From positions 1 through 26,750 of IMG/VR virus record IMGVR_UViG_3300022690_002279: a DNA stretch of 26,750 nucleotides; one strand, given 5' to 3'. The notes below the pieces were generated by a model. The model had not been told where the DNA came from. It saw nothing but the letters and a program-made list of their open reading frames with translations, and searched no databases. The stretch is from a virus. Its lineage: Duplodnaviria; Caudoviricetes. Both the position numbers and the translations under genes were made by a program. Positions 16,302-25,019 of the stretch are shown piece by piece. Positions within the stretch are counted from its first letter, which is position 1. Each line of letters starts with the position of its first letter.

Positions 16302-16573
16302 AGAGGGAAGATGTGGATGGCGTGGTTTCTGGTAGGAGTTATAGTTTAGATACCCTTTTAGGGAAGGGTTTCATATTGCAAGTAGGTATAAAAGCGGAAG
16401 AGGGTGTCTTGTTCGTGAAAGATAATAAGGAAGTGGAAGCCTATCTTGTTCATGAGGGCAAGCAGTTTTATGAGGTGTTGGGCGTGTACGTGAACCGACC
16501 TGAAGAAGTTAAAAAGAGGATTCTTTGGCGCAGTTCGTATCGTGAGGGGGATTTGAATGAAGAAGAAGGATAA
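16298..16573 (+). CDS. Hypothetical protein
   Basis: ATGA-coupled start. Confidence 0.6.
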   Translation: MKREDVDGVVSGRSYSLDTLLGKGFILQVGIKAEEGVLFVKDNKEVEAYLVHEGKQFYEVLGVYVNRPEEVKKRILWRSSYREGDLNEEEG

Positions 16574-16811
16574 GATCAATATACGTATTGGTAAAGTGAG
16601 GCCTGGTGACAAGTTATTCATTGATGATGTTATTGATGCTTCTGATGTGATGGTGATGGGTTTGCAAATGGAGATCGCTGATAATCATCCTATCATGTTC
16701 AGACAGATGTTGACGAGGGAGCATGACAGGGTTTACCGTTTGGGTGATTACGGGCCTAAGGAATACATTGTGAAAGCTGCTATGGAGAACTTTTATGGAG
16801 TAAAAAAGTAG
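16557..16811 (+). CDS. Hypothetical protein
   Basis: GAGGGGG SD-like sequence; overlaps the upstream gene. Confidence 0.6.
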   Translation: MKKKDKINIRIGKVRPGDKLFIDDVIDASDVMVMGLQMEIADNHPIMFRQMLTREHDRVYRLGDYGPKEYIVKAAMENFYGVKK

Positions 16812-17030
16812 GATGAGTCAAAAACATATAATGATAGTAATAGCAATCATTGTCATAATACTTATGATCCGCACCTGGAACGAATGGCACGAATGCTTCA
16901 AACTAATTCAAGAAACGAAATACTGCCTATGGGAGGCTATCAGATGAAAATAGGATATAGAAAGACAAAAGAATTACTAAATTATGATAACCACTCATTA
17001 AATTATACGCAATCAGAAAGATAAAAGAAA

Positions 17031-17453
17031 ATGGCAAACGAACAAAACCTAGCACCAAAATTCCAACCGGGAAAACGAGCCCGAGAGATGGGTAGAAAAG
17101 GCGGAAAAGTGAAAAGTATCAAAAAAACAAAAGCAAGCAGACTAAGCGGAAAGATAAGAAGCCTCAAAAGAAAAGGAGAACTAGGAGACCAAGAAGCAAA
17201 AGAACTAGCAGAAACCCTAAGCGACCCATCACTAAGCTCCCTAGAACTAAAAATCTACCTCAAAAAGATCCAGAAAATAGTGGACGACTGGGACCAACCA
17301 TTCCTGATGCTTAAACTAGTAGATCACATGATGAAATGGCACAAACTTCACCATGGAGAAAGAACAGATGCAAACATGAGCCAAGTACAAGCAATCCAAA
17401 TCATTATAAACGATGAAAGGAATAAGTACCCAGTTATAGATCCTGAATCATGA
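17031..17453 (+). CDS. terS: Terminase small subunit
   Basis: MANEQNL...AREMGRKGGK N-terminus; ATGA overlap with terL. Confidence 0.7.
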   Translation: MANEQNLAPKFQPGKRAREMGRKGGKVKSIKKTKASRLSGKIRSLKRKGELGDQEAKELAETLSDPSLSSLELKIYLKKIQKIVDDWDQPFLMLKLVDHMMKWHKLHHGERTDANMSQVQAIQIIINDERNKYPVIDPES

Positions 17454-18754
17454 TGATTGATCCGCCAAAACGCATAATTTTCAATGCAGCGAACGAGCAA
17501 CAAGCCAGATTCCTCTACAGCCGAAAAAGGTACCTGATGCTTTCTGGTGCCGTGGCTGCAGGAAAAAGCCTCATTGGGTGCTATAAAGGATTTCTTCTTA
17601 ACTACAATTATCCGGGTAATAGGGGCTTGATCTGTAGAAAAGAGGGGGTTAGTCTTAAGGGGAGCACGGTCAAGACCTTGCTTGAGCAGGTCATCCCTCC
17701 AGAGATCATTGTTTCTTATAACCAGATGGTGGGGGAGCTTTGGCATAAGACGAGGATTCCTGGTAAGAATAGCTGCATCGTTTTCTCAGGTCTTGATAAG
17801 AAAATGGGGCAGAGCTACCCTACCAAGATTGGGAGTACGGAGTTTGGTTGGATATTCGTTGATGAGGGTGTGGAGATTGATGAGGGGGATTGGATGATGC
17901 TCTCGACACGGCTTAGATACAAGCTTTTGGGCTATACCGATTCGCAGAACAGTCTTATTCCTAGGCAGATGTTTACGGCTACTAACCCGGACACGCCACA
18001 TCATTGGTTGTATAAGTTCTTTTTTGGAAAGAAACAAGAAGGCAGAGAGGTTTTCCTAACCACTCCTTATGATAATCCTTACCTGCCTGCGGAATATCTT
18101 AAAGCTTTGGAGGAGAACCTTACCGGAATCGCAAGAGAAAGACTACTCTTAGGTAAGTGGGTCATAGCAGAAGGCCTGGTCTACAGCAGTTTCGACCCGA
18201 AGAAGCACGTATTCAAGGATGGGTTCCTGGATTACAAGGATTATAAAGAACTCATAATAGGAGCGGATGCTAACTATCCCATCCCTAGAGCGGCGGTTCT
18301 TATAGGTATCAAAGGGGATGGTTCAATAGACGTTTTGGAAGAGTTCTACAGGGCCGGAAGCCACGTTGAGGAACTAGGGGAATGGGCGGGAAACATTTAT
18401 AAAGAGAAAGATGTTATCCCTGTGATATATCATGATCCGTCAGACCCAGAAGCTATAAACAAACTAAGACAAGTAGAGGGTGTTGTTTGTAAGAAGGCAG
18501 ATAATACCGTGCTTGGTGGTATTAGTGAAGTATCAAGACATTTTGATAGCGATAAATTATTGATACGGATAGATTCCCGATGTGTTAACTTGATCAAGGA
18601 GCTTCACTCTTATAGGTGGGAGCAGGGCAAGGTTGGTGGTAAGCCTAAGAAGGTTGATGATCATTGCGTTGATGGTTTGAGGTATGCGCTTTATAGTCAT
18701 AAGAAGAATATGGATTTTTCCTTACTGGAAGATAAAGAAGGAGTGTTTTTTTGA
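17450..18754 (+). CDS. terL: Terminase large subunit (PBSX/SPP1-like)
   Basis: Walker A GAVAAGKS, Walker B IFVDEG, ATNP coupling motif, nuclease IGAD, YHDPS and DDHCVDGLRY. Confidence 0.96.
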   Translation: MMIDPPKRIIFNAANEQQARFLYSRKRYLMLSGAVAAGKSLIGCYKGFLLNYNYPGNRGLICRKEGVSLKGSTVKTLLEQVIPPEIIVSYNQMVGELWHKTRIPGKNSCIVFSGLDKKMGQSYPTKIGSTEFGWIFVDEGVEIDEGDWMMLSTRLRYKLLGYTDSQNSLIPRQMFTATNPDTPHHWLYKFFFGKKQEGREVFLTTPYDNPYLPAEYLKALEENLTGIARERLLLGKWVIAEGLVYSSFDPKKHVFKDGFLDYKDYKELIIGADANYPIPRAAVLIGIKGDGSIDVLEEFYRAGSHVEELGEWAGNIYKEKDVIPVIYHDPSDPEAINKLRQVEGVVCKKADNTVLGGISEVSRHFDSDKLLIRIDSRCVNLIKELHSYRWEQGKVGGKPKKVDDHCVDGLRYALYSHKKNMDFSLLEDKEGVFF

Positions 18755-18771
18755 ATAAGAGGTGATTTAGA

Positions 18772-18999
18772 ATGGGAAAAGAAAATGGGGGCTTTCTGCT
18801 CTTTGTAAGTGTTATTACTTTGTTTAGTTTAGTGGTAAGTGCGGTTATGGGTTTTGCATTGAGTTTCTTTATTTTGAAAGAATTAAATGCTAGTAGTGGC
18901 TTGTGGACTCTTTTCTGGATTTATATAGTTGTTGCGGGTTTGAGTATTTTTACGAATGGAGTAATTGAAGTAGTCAGGGGCTGGTTGAAAGAAGATTAA
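18772..18999 (+). CDS. Two-TM membrane protein
   Basis: GAGGTGA SD; two long hydrophobic helices. Confidence 0.7.
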   Translation: MGKENGGFLLFVSVITLFSLVVSAVMGFALSFFILKELNASSGLWTLFWIYIVVAGLSIFTNGVIEVVRGWLKED

Positions 19000-19182
19000 A
19001 GGGGTGTTTTTTTAAATGTCATATAAAGAAAGATTAAGGGAATTCAAATCCATGATAGGATGGTTCCATGAAGAAATGAAAAGCAACTCGGTTACGGATT
19101 TAGTAGTCTGGGTGGATTGCAAATTGGAAGTGGAACACGCAAAGGAAAAAGAAATGAGAACAAAGAGTGGGTGAGTCCTGAA

Positions 19183-19464
19183 ATGAAAGAAATAAAAATT
19201 GGTAAAGTAGATATTAGCAATCTCAGAAAACTAGCACAGTATCTGGATTTTATAATTATCTTGGAGGCTAATCTTCTTCAGCCAGAATTGTTAATTATAA
19301 GCGTTGATTTATTCGAGGCTCACTTAGCAAACATTAATGATTTTAACAGGATACAAGTTCAAAGAGATGAAAGCAAAGGGAATTTAATCATAGAGGGAGG
19401 ATATAAGTGCAAAGTTAAATGGCCAGAGGAATGTAAAGAATGCGGTGTTGTAAAACACTTTTAA
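19183..19464 (+). CDS. Hypothetical protein
   Basis: GGTGA at 19170-19174 before ATG 19183; C-terminal CKEC. Confidence 0.55.
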   Translation: MKEIKIGKVDISNLRKLAQYLDFIIILEANLLQPELLIISVDLFEAHLANINDFNRIQVQRDESKGNLIIEGGYKCKVKWPEECKECGVVKHF

Positions 19465-19853
19465 AGAGGGGGTTTTTTTGAAATGGATAAAATAACTAAG
19501 AAATATGTTTTGGAAGCTTCGTTTTGGATTATTTTATTATGTACATTTTTAACTGTATTCATAGCTAAGATTCTTTCTTGGGGGTTCAAATGTTAAAGAT
19601 TATGTCTAAGAGGAAGTTAGAAAAGATGATGTTAATGATAGGGGCAACAGCCTTGTTTGTTTGGCTTTGGGCACTGTTATCAATATTTATAATGTGGTTA
19701 ATGGGGGCACGCTGGTAAAATGAAGCCAGCGCACATCGTCAGAAGTAAGATAAGAGTCCTGCAATTGAAGTATAACGAACTGCAACGAGCAGGGATCATT
19801 GCGAAAGCCGAGTTGGTCAAGGCAGAAATGGACGCTCTTGGTTGGGTGCTACA

Positions 19854-20228
19854 ATGAAAGATAAAATAGAAGCTTTAATTGAATATACCAGGGGTAAATA
19901 TTGTGAGTGTATTGAGGGGGGTAATATAGAACTTTGTGATTGTTGCAATAGGCTAAAAACATTCATAAAATGGGTTGGTAAAGGTGATTGGGACATCCAT
20001 GAATTTGTTGATTTAGTTAAAATGGTTCCTAGACTTAAAAGATTAGTGGACGATCAAAATGAGATGGGTTTGTTGTTAGAGAAGATAAGGAAACTACACT
20101 GCGTCTGCCATGAAGATAAAAAGAATGTTCATATACATCAAACTTTTCAAGGGCAATTTTATTTATTTCAAGGAGATATATGTTTTAATTGCGAGAAGCT
20201 AGACGAACTCTTAGAGGAAGAAACATGA
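19854..20228 (+). CDS. Cys-rich hypothetical protein
   Basis: CEC...CDCC and CVC...CFNC; ATGA overlaps. Confidence 0.6.
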   Translation: MKDKIEALIEYTRGKYCECIEGGNIELCDCCNRLKTFIKWVGKGDWDIHEFVDLVKMVPRLKRLVDDQNEMGLLLEKIRKLHCVCHEDKKNVHIHQTFQGQFYLFQGDICFNCEKLDELLEEET

Positions 20229-20410
20229 ACAAATGCAAAGGCTTTAATGGATGGTTATTTGGTCACGTTTTTGACTATTTTAATCAAAGAGTTAGAGATT
20301 ACGAATCCCTCACCGAAATAGATGATACAATGAGGGGTCGTTTTGGAATAACAAAAACAAGAGTAGATAAAGAATTTTATCCAATTTGCAAAAGGTGTGG
20401 GGTAGAATGA
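20225..20410 (+). CDS. Small Cys/His protein (C...FGH...CKRCG)
   Basis: Pattern typical of small prophage proteins (DUF1660-like, from memory). Confidence 0.55.
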   Translation: MNKCKGFNGWLFGHVFDYFNQRVRDYESLTEIDDTMRGRFGITKTRVDKEFYPICKRCGVE

Positions 20411-20814
20411 TTATAAAATCTATATTCCTATCTCTAATAACAGCCGGTTTTTGTTTATTGATAATGATAATCCTATACAAAATAGAAATTTTACATGATG
20501 ATGTTAAAGAAATAAAAAAACTCTTGAAGAGGAACAAATGAATCAGGCGCAACACGTACTCCTAAACATCCTAATGTTCATTACGGGGTTCATAGTGGGG
20601 AAGTTGCTTACAGCTTATTTATTGATCAACAAAAAGGCTAGGAGGAAAGAATGAAAAAACACAAATTCGAATTGGAAATACCCAACATGTTGAACTCTGC
20701 AATAGTGATTACGTGGTTAGCTATAGCAATATTAAGCACTTTTTCATGGGATTCTAGAAGCGTGATCATATGGCTGGCTTTTGTATCCATGTGTTCACTA
20801 ATATGGGGGAATAA

Positions 20815-21249
20815 ATGATGAAAACAAGAAACATGACATTCATGGAAGCAGTCCAAGCAATGAGGCAAGACAAGAAAGTAAGAAGAGCTATTTGGGCACC
20901 TTCAGGTCATTTCTTAAAAGTCTTTGATGAAATAAGAACAGAAAATAATGACCCTGTCAACATGTTTCTTTCTACAATAATAGATGCTATCGATTGGGAG
21001 ATCGTGGAAGAGAAGAAAACTTTGAGTGATAAGATAGTACATCAAGATATCAGAAAATTTGAAGAGATGTATGAAAATGGAAAATTGATTTATGAAAATC
21101 GGACAATAACTCAATATGTCATTTTTAGTGATAATGTCAAAGAAGCATTGAAAAAAGTAATTGTAAATCTAGGATTGTATGATATGGTTAAAGCAAAAGA
21201 TATAATTAAACATATCAAAGAGATCTTCGGGGAGGAATTAACAAAATGA
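20815..21249 (+). CDS. Tad2/DUF2829-like domain fused to a C-terminal helical domain
   Basis: MTFMEAVQAMRQDKKVRRAIW...AIDWEIVE matches the terminal signatures of the family. Confidence 0.65.
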   Translation: MMKTRNMTFMEAVQAMRQDKKVRRAIWAPSGHFLKVFDEIRTENNDPVNMFLSTIIDAIDWEIVEEKKTLSDKIVHQDIRKFEEMYENGKLIYENRTITQYVIFSDNVKEALKKVIVNLGLYDMVKAKDIIKHIKEIFGEELTK

Positions 21250-21500
21250 AAGGATTTATAGAAATAAAAGCACTAGACAAAATAGACTTAAAAACGGAGT
21301 TCGATGTCAGCATCAAAGCAGAAGCCATAACTTACGTTTCCGAAAACTGGAGAGATGTGCCTAAAAAAGAAGGAGAAATGGGTGGAGGAATTAAAACGTT
21401 CAAGTTTAGAGAAATAGGACTGCCAGGAAGCGCATTCTTCCTCACCAAGCTCGGCAAAAAGTTCATAGAAGAAAAAGTAGAAGAAGCATTAGATCAATAA
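21246..21500 (+). CDS. Hypothetical protein
   Basis: GGAGG SD; ATGA overlap. Confidence 0.6.
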   Translation: MKGFIEIKALDKIDLKTEFDVSIKAEAITYVSENWRDVPKKEGEMGGGIKTFKFREIGLPGSAFFLTKLGKKFIEEKVEEALDQ

Positions 21501-21509
21501 GGGGCATAT

Positions 21510-21725
21510 ATGAAAAAAGCAAAACCAACCCACACCATATGTTCATCAGAGAAAGAAGTTCAAGTAATAGAAAAAACAAGACGGATCAAAATTTCGGCAA
21601 ATGATGTAGATATAGAAATAAGTTCAATGCATGATAAAGATACTCTTTATCATATTTATAATTTAATTAAGATGGCACATAATGATTTCAAATCTAAGAA
21701 ACAAAAACAAGGTTATATAAGATAA
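21510..21725 (+). CDS. Hypothetical protein
   Basis: ORF with AGGGG SD-like sequence. Confidence 0.55.
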   Translation: MKKAKPTHTICSSEKEVQVIEKTRRIKISANDVDIEISSMHDKDTLYHIYNLIKMAHNDFKSKKQKQGYIR

Positions 21726-21732
21726 GTAAAGT

Positions 21733-21747
21733 AACTGATATAAATAA
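21733..21747 (+). promoter_or_regulatory. Conserved late-type promoter AACTGATATAAATAA (copy 1)
   Basis: Identical 15-mer at 24571 and 25921; contains TATAAATA. Confidence 0.8.
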
Positions 21748-21768
21748 CTAAACCAGACAAACACTCAT

Positions 21769-21841
21769 GGCCGTGGTACGCAGAACCATTATTCCCTTTA
21801 AATAATTGTTTCTGGGGGGGGATCAAACCCCCCTACGGTCA
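21769..21841 (+). ncRNA. tRNA-like RNA lacking a D-arm
   Basis: Acceptor GGCCGTG/TACGGTC plus A; T-arm GGGGG-ATCAAAC-CCCCC; long central hairpin 21781-21814; starts 30 nt after the TATA start. Confidence 0.6.
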
Positions 21842-22053
21842 ACCCACTCAGCCATTAATAAAGAGGTGAAATTATGAAAGTAATATTAAAAAAAGAATAT
21901 GAAATAAATACTCAAAAACCAATAGAAGAAATACAAGAACAAGTAACAAATAAATTAAAAGAATTAGAAAAAACATTTTTAATAGAATCTTATGGAGTTC
22001 ATCAAAGAGGAGTATTAACAATAATTGGTTACCAGAAAAATTAAACCCCCCCC

Positions 22054-22188
22054 ATGACAGGATATACATGTATGGAATGTGGATTGATGGTCACAGAAGT
22101 CCCAGAACCTCAAGAAACAAGATGCCCATACAACCCCTACAGGCACGTATTCCTAGAAACTAATATAAATAAAAAACCCCACACCTGA
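22054..22188 (+). CDS. Small CxxC protein (44 aa)
   Basis: YTCMECG...CP...H; no SD seen. Confidence 0.4.
   Translation: MTGYTCMECGLMVTEVPEPQETRCPYNPYRHVFLETNINKKPHT
22158..22172 (+). promoter_or_regulatory. Late-type promoter AACTAATATAAATAA (copy 2), portal gene
   Basis: One mismatch to the 15-mer; TATA starts 30 nt before ATG 22194; no SD (leaderless). Confidence 0.8.
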
Positions 22189-22193
22189 CTAAG

Positions 22194-24497
22194 ATGGCTA
22201 AATGGAAATTTCTAGAAAAAGCTGACAAGTTCTTAAGGCCAACGCTTTACGAAACAAAAAAGCAACTCAAGATAGCCATGGATGGCCTACTCAGACCTTT
22301 TGGCGGCTCGAGCAGGCATGGTAGTGGCTATTCAGGAACCGTTTTCGCTTACCCTATCTTCCCTTTCCATCACCACATGCTTTACGATATCGCTTACAAT
22401 TCCGACGCCCTTTCCGCAGTGCATAACGCTTTGAGAAGAGAGATTTTCAGAAACGGTTTCGAGTTCCTGGAAGCGAAAAACACTGACGAAGTAGGAAGCG
22501 AAGAAGAAACCCAAACCACCAACGAAGTAGACAGGAAAGAAGCCCTGGAATTCTTAGAAAACATTAACGAGAACGGCCAAAGCATCATAGATGTCCTCAT
22601 GGAAATAGAAGATGACTTATCCATTAGGGATGATGGTTTCATGCTGTTCATCAACCAATACAGTTTCGACTTCGCAGGAGACATCTTATCTGAAGAAACC
22701 AAGCTCACCCAGGTCCTACGAGCCGATCCTAGATACATGGGAAAGATCATGAACAAGTATGACAGGCCAGGATACGATGACCAAAACATCCCACTCTTCG
22801 TTTGCCCTATCCACCGAAGCGACCTCCTAGAAGGCAAAGATAGATGCGATAAACACGATGAGGGTAGAGGGCTTCAAGCCCTAAAAGCCTACTTCTTCAC
22901 AGACTACGGAGATAAAAGGATATTCTATGGCAAGAAAGAAATAGTGCACAGAAGCAAATACCGGCCAAGCAAGCGTTTCGGTTACAGTCCTGTCTTGACG
23001 GTTTGGCAAAAAGTGAGAACCCTCTTCAGTATGGATACTTACATGATGCAACTCTACGCTAGCCAAAGACCTCCAAAAGCCGGACTCTTCTTCAAAACGG
23101 ATAACCAAGCAGGACTAAAAAAGACTTGGGATGAAGCTAAACAGAACGCTAGACTCCACCCGCACTTGCCTGTCATCATGAGCATTCCTAACACCACTAA
23201 TGGAAAGAGCTTTGTAGAGTTCATAGACTTCATGAAGCCACTGGCAGAGATGCAATACACAGAAGCTAGGAACGAGATGCGCCAAGTCATAGGAAGCGTC
23301 TATGGTGTTATGCCTATATTCCAGGGGGATATGAGTCAAGGTGGCGGATTGAACAATGAAGGGCTTGAATTAACCGTTACTAATAGGGCTGTCGAATATG
23401 GCCAGGGTATTCATAATAAGTATTATCTTGCTAGATTAGTGGAAGCTATGGGCGCTAAGGGAATGCAGATACTCCTAAAACCTAACGAGGAGCAAGACGA
23501 GATGGCCAAGTTGCAAAGAGAGAATCAAAGCTTGATAAACGGCCAATTAGCTATGAGTCTTGGTCTCGAAGCGGAATTCGATGATGATTCTAAAGAAGTA
23601 ATTATAAAAGGAGGAGAGCTTTCGAGTTCATCTGGGTTGGAGGGGTTCGAAGATGGCCTTGGCGGATCAAGCGACTTCTTCACAGACTCAACTATTCCTG
23701 GTTCTGGCGAACCTCCCCAACCCAATCTCAACCTCCAAAAAGCAGAGATGGAATCCGTTCTTAAGCAGGCTAGGAAGAGGCCGCCTTTCACCAAATTGGC
23801 ATCCACCCTGCGCAAAAAGATTGATGATGCTCTGAAAGCGCTAGGCCGGAAGCCTACAGAGGATGACTTGCAAAAAGTGATTAGGGAGGTCAATCTCAAT
23901 TTGCAGAAACAGATGCATGATTCTACCAACAGCCTTTTCAAGAAGAGTTATGAGAAGGAAGCGGATAAAGTATTCAAGGAACTCAAAGTCGAGGGAGCTT
24001 TTGGCGTTCGTGATGAGAACGCCCTGGTGGCTTTGCAGAACCAGTCTGTGTTGAGCGATGCTTTCTCAAATATATCTTCCGATTTGGTAGTGAAGGTTCA
24101 GGACGTGATTACTGATGCTTTCCGTGACCCTGCCGGTTTGAGCGTTGGAGCTATCACTGAGCGTATTAAGAACATTTCGGACGTGGCGGATTTCCAAGCT
24201 GAGCGCATCGCAAGGACGGAGATTGGTAAGGTTTCCTCGGCTGCTAGGAAGGTATCTTATCAGAAACAAGAGGGTTTTGATACGTTCAAGTTTCGTTGGA
24301 TTGGCCCTAACGATTTTAGAACTACTGATACTTCTAAGCGTATCAAATCAAGAACGAAAAGTGGTGTTAGCTATGCGGAACTTGTTAAGATAGTTGAGGA
24401 AGAAAGTGCTAAAGATTTTCCTGATTGGACGGTTAATAAGGATGCGCCTCAGAGTCATTGGAATAGTCGTCACATATTTTTGAAATTGTCTTCCTAG
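22194..24497 (+). CDS. Portal protein fused to a MuF/SPP1 gp7-like head morphogenesis domain
   Basis: Portal-like FGYSPV and IGSVYGVMPIF; C-terminal AERIARTE, WIGPNDFRT and HWNSR; first large gene after terL. Confidence 0.85.
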   Translation: MAKWKFLEKADKFLRPTLYETKKQLKIAMDGLLRPFGGSSRHGSGYSGTVFAYPIFPFHHHMLYDIAYNSDALSAVHNALRREIFRNGFEFLEAKNTDEVGSEEETQTTNEVDRKEALEFLENINENGQSIIDVLMEIEDDLSIRDDGFMLFINQYSFDFAGDILSEETKLTQVLRADPRYMGKIMNKYDRPGYDDQNIPLFVCPIHRSDLLEGKDRCDKHDEGRGLQALKAYFFTDYGDKRIFYGKKEIVHRSKYRPSKRFGYSPVLTVWQKVRTLFSMDTYMMQLYASQRPPKAGLFFKTDNQAGLKKTWDEAKQNARLHPHLPVIMSIPNTTNGKSFVEFIDFMKPLAEMQYTEARNEMRQVIGSVYGVMPIFQGDMSQGGGLNNEGLELTVTNRAVEYGQGIHNKYYLARLVEAMGAKGMQILLKPNEEQDEMAKLQRENQSLINGQLAMSLGLEAEFDDDSKEVIIKGGELSSSSGLEGFEDGLGGSSDFFTDSTIPGSGEPPQPNLNLQKAEMESVLKQARKRPPFTKLASTLRKKIDDALKALGRKPTEDDLQKVIREVNLNLQKQMHDSTNSLFKKSYEKEADKVFKELKVEGAFGVRDENALVALQNQSVLSDAFSNISSDLVVKVQDVITDAFRDPAGLSVGAITERIKNISDVADFQAERIARTEIGKVSSAARKVSYQKQEGFDTFKFRWIGPNDFRTTDTSKRIKSRTKSGVSYAELVKIVEEESAKDFPDWTVNKDAPQSHWNSRHIFLKLSS

Positions 24498-24570
24498 ATC
24501 CTTGCCATGGTTTATTTCTTGGTTAACCACCCTACAAAGTACGTTGTGGCTTGGAGGGAAAAAGTCAGGA

Positions 24571-24585
24571 AACTGATATAAATAA
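24571..24585 (+). promoter_or_regulatory. Late-type promoter AACTGATATAAATAA (copy 3)
   Basis: TATA starts 29 nt before leaderless ATG 24606. Confidence 0.8.
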
Positions 24586-24605
24586 ACAATCTCTCTTATA
24601 ACTAC

Positions 24606-25019
24606 ATGGCTGAAGAAAACAAGAAAGCAGTAGACACGATTCTTAAAGCAGTAGATAAAGAAATGGACAAGATAGCCGACAGAGTCTTTGAACTCAGCCA
24701 GACAAACCTTGTGCGTGATGAAAAGATAGATACTGCCACCCTTCTAAAAACCGCCAACGTCAATAGGGACTTTCTCGATAAAGAAGTAGTCTACCCAGCC
24801 AGCTACGCCTCTTTTGTAGAGTTTGGAAGAAGTGCTGGAACCATGCCACCAATAGCCCCACTACTGAAATGGGTCAAAAGAAAGCTAGGAATAGCCGATG
24901 AAAAACAAGCAAGAAGCATAGCCTTCGCCATAGCACTCTCGATCAAACGCAGAGGCATAGCTGCCTCACCATACTTGCGGCCAGCCATAGAGCAAACGGC
25001 AGCGGAGATGAAATTATGA
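24606..25019 (+). CDS. HK97 gp10-like virion morphogenesis protein
   Basis: IDTATL, YASFVEFG and PYLRPA motifs. Confidence 0.8.
   Translation: MAEENKKAVDTILKAVDKEMDKIADRVFELSQTNLVRDEKIDTATLLKTANVNRDFLDKEVVYPASYASFVEFGRSAGTMPPIAPLLKWVKRKLGIADEKQARSIAFAIALSIKRRGIAASPYLRPAIEQTAAEMKL

Noticed and set aside
12480-19817. Shared 14-mer AAAGCCGAGTTGGT at about 12480 and 19804
   Set aside because: Read in different frames of unrelated ORFs; about one 14-mer repeat is expected by chance in 27 kb.
21769-21841. Canonical tRNA-Lys(CTT)
   Set aside because: No D-arm, no T8, no U33 or purine 37 in the loop CCCTTTA; kept only as tRNA-like.
7847-22190. Stop-codon reassignment as a reason for the many short ORFs
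   Set aside because: Long conserved genes end normally with TAA, TAG or TGA, and the short ORFs have their own SDs and ATGA overlaps.
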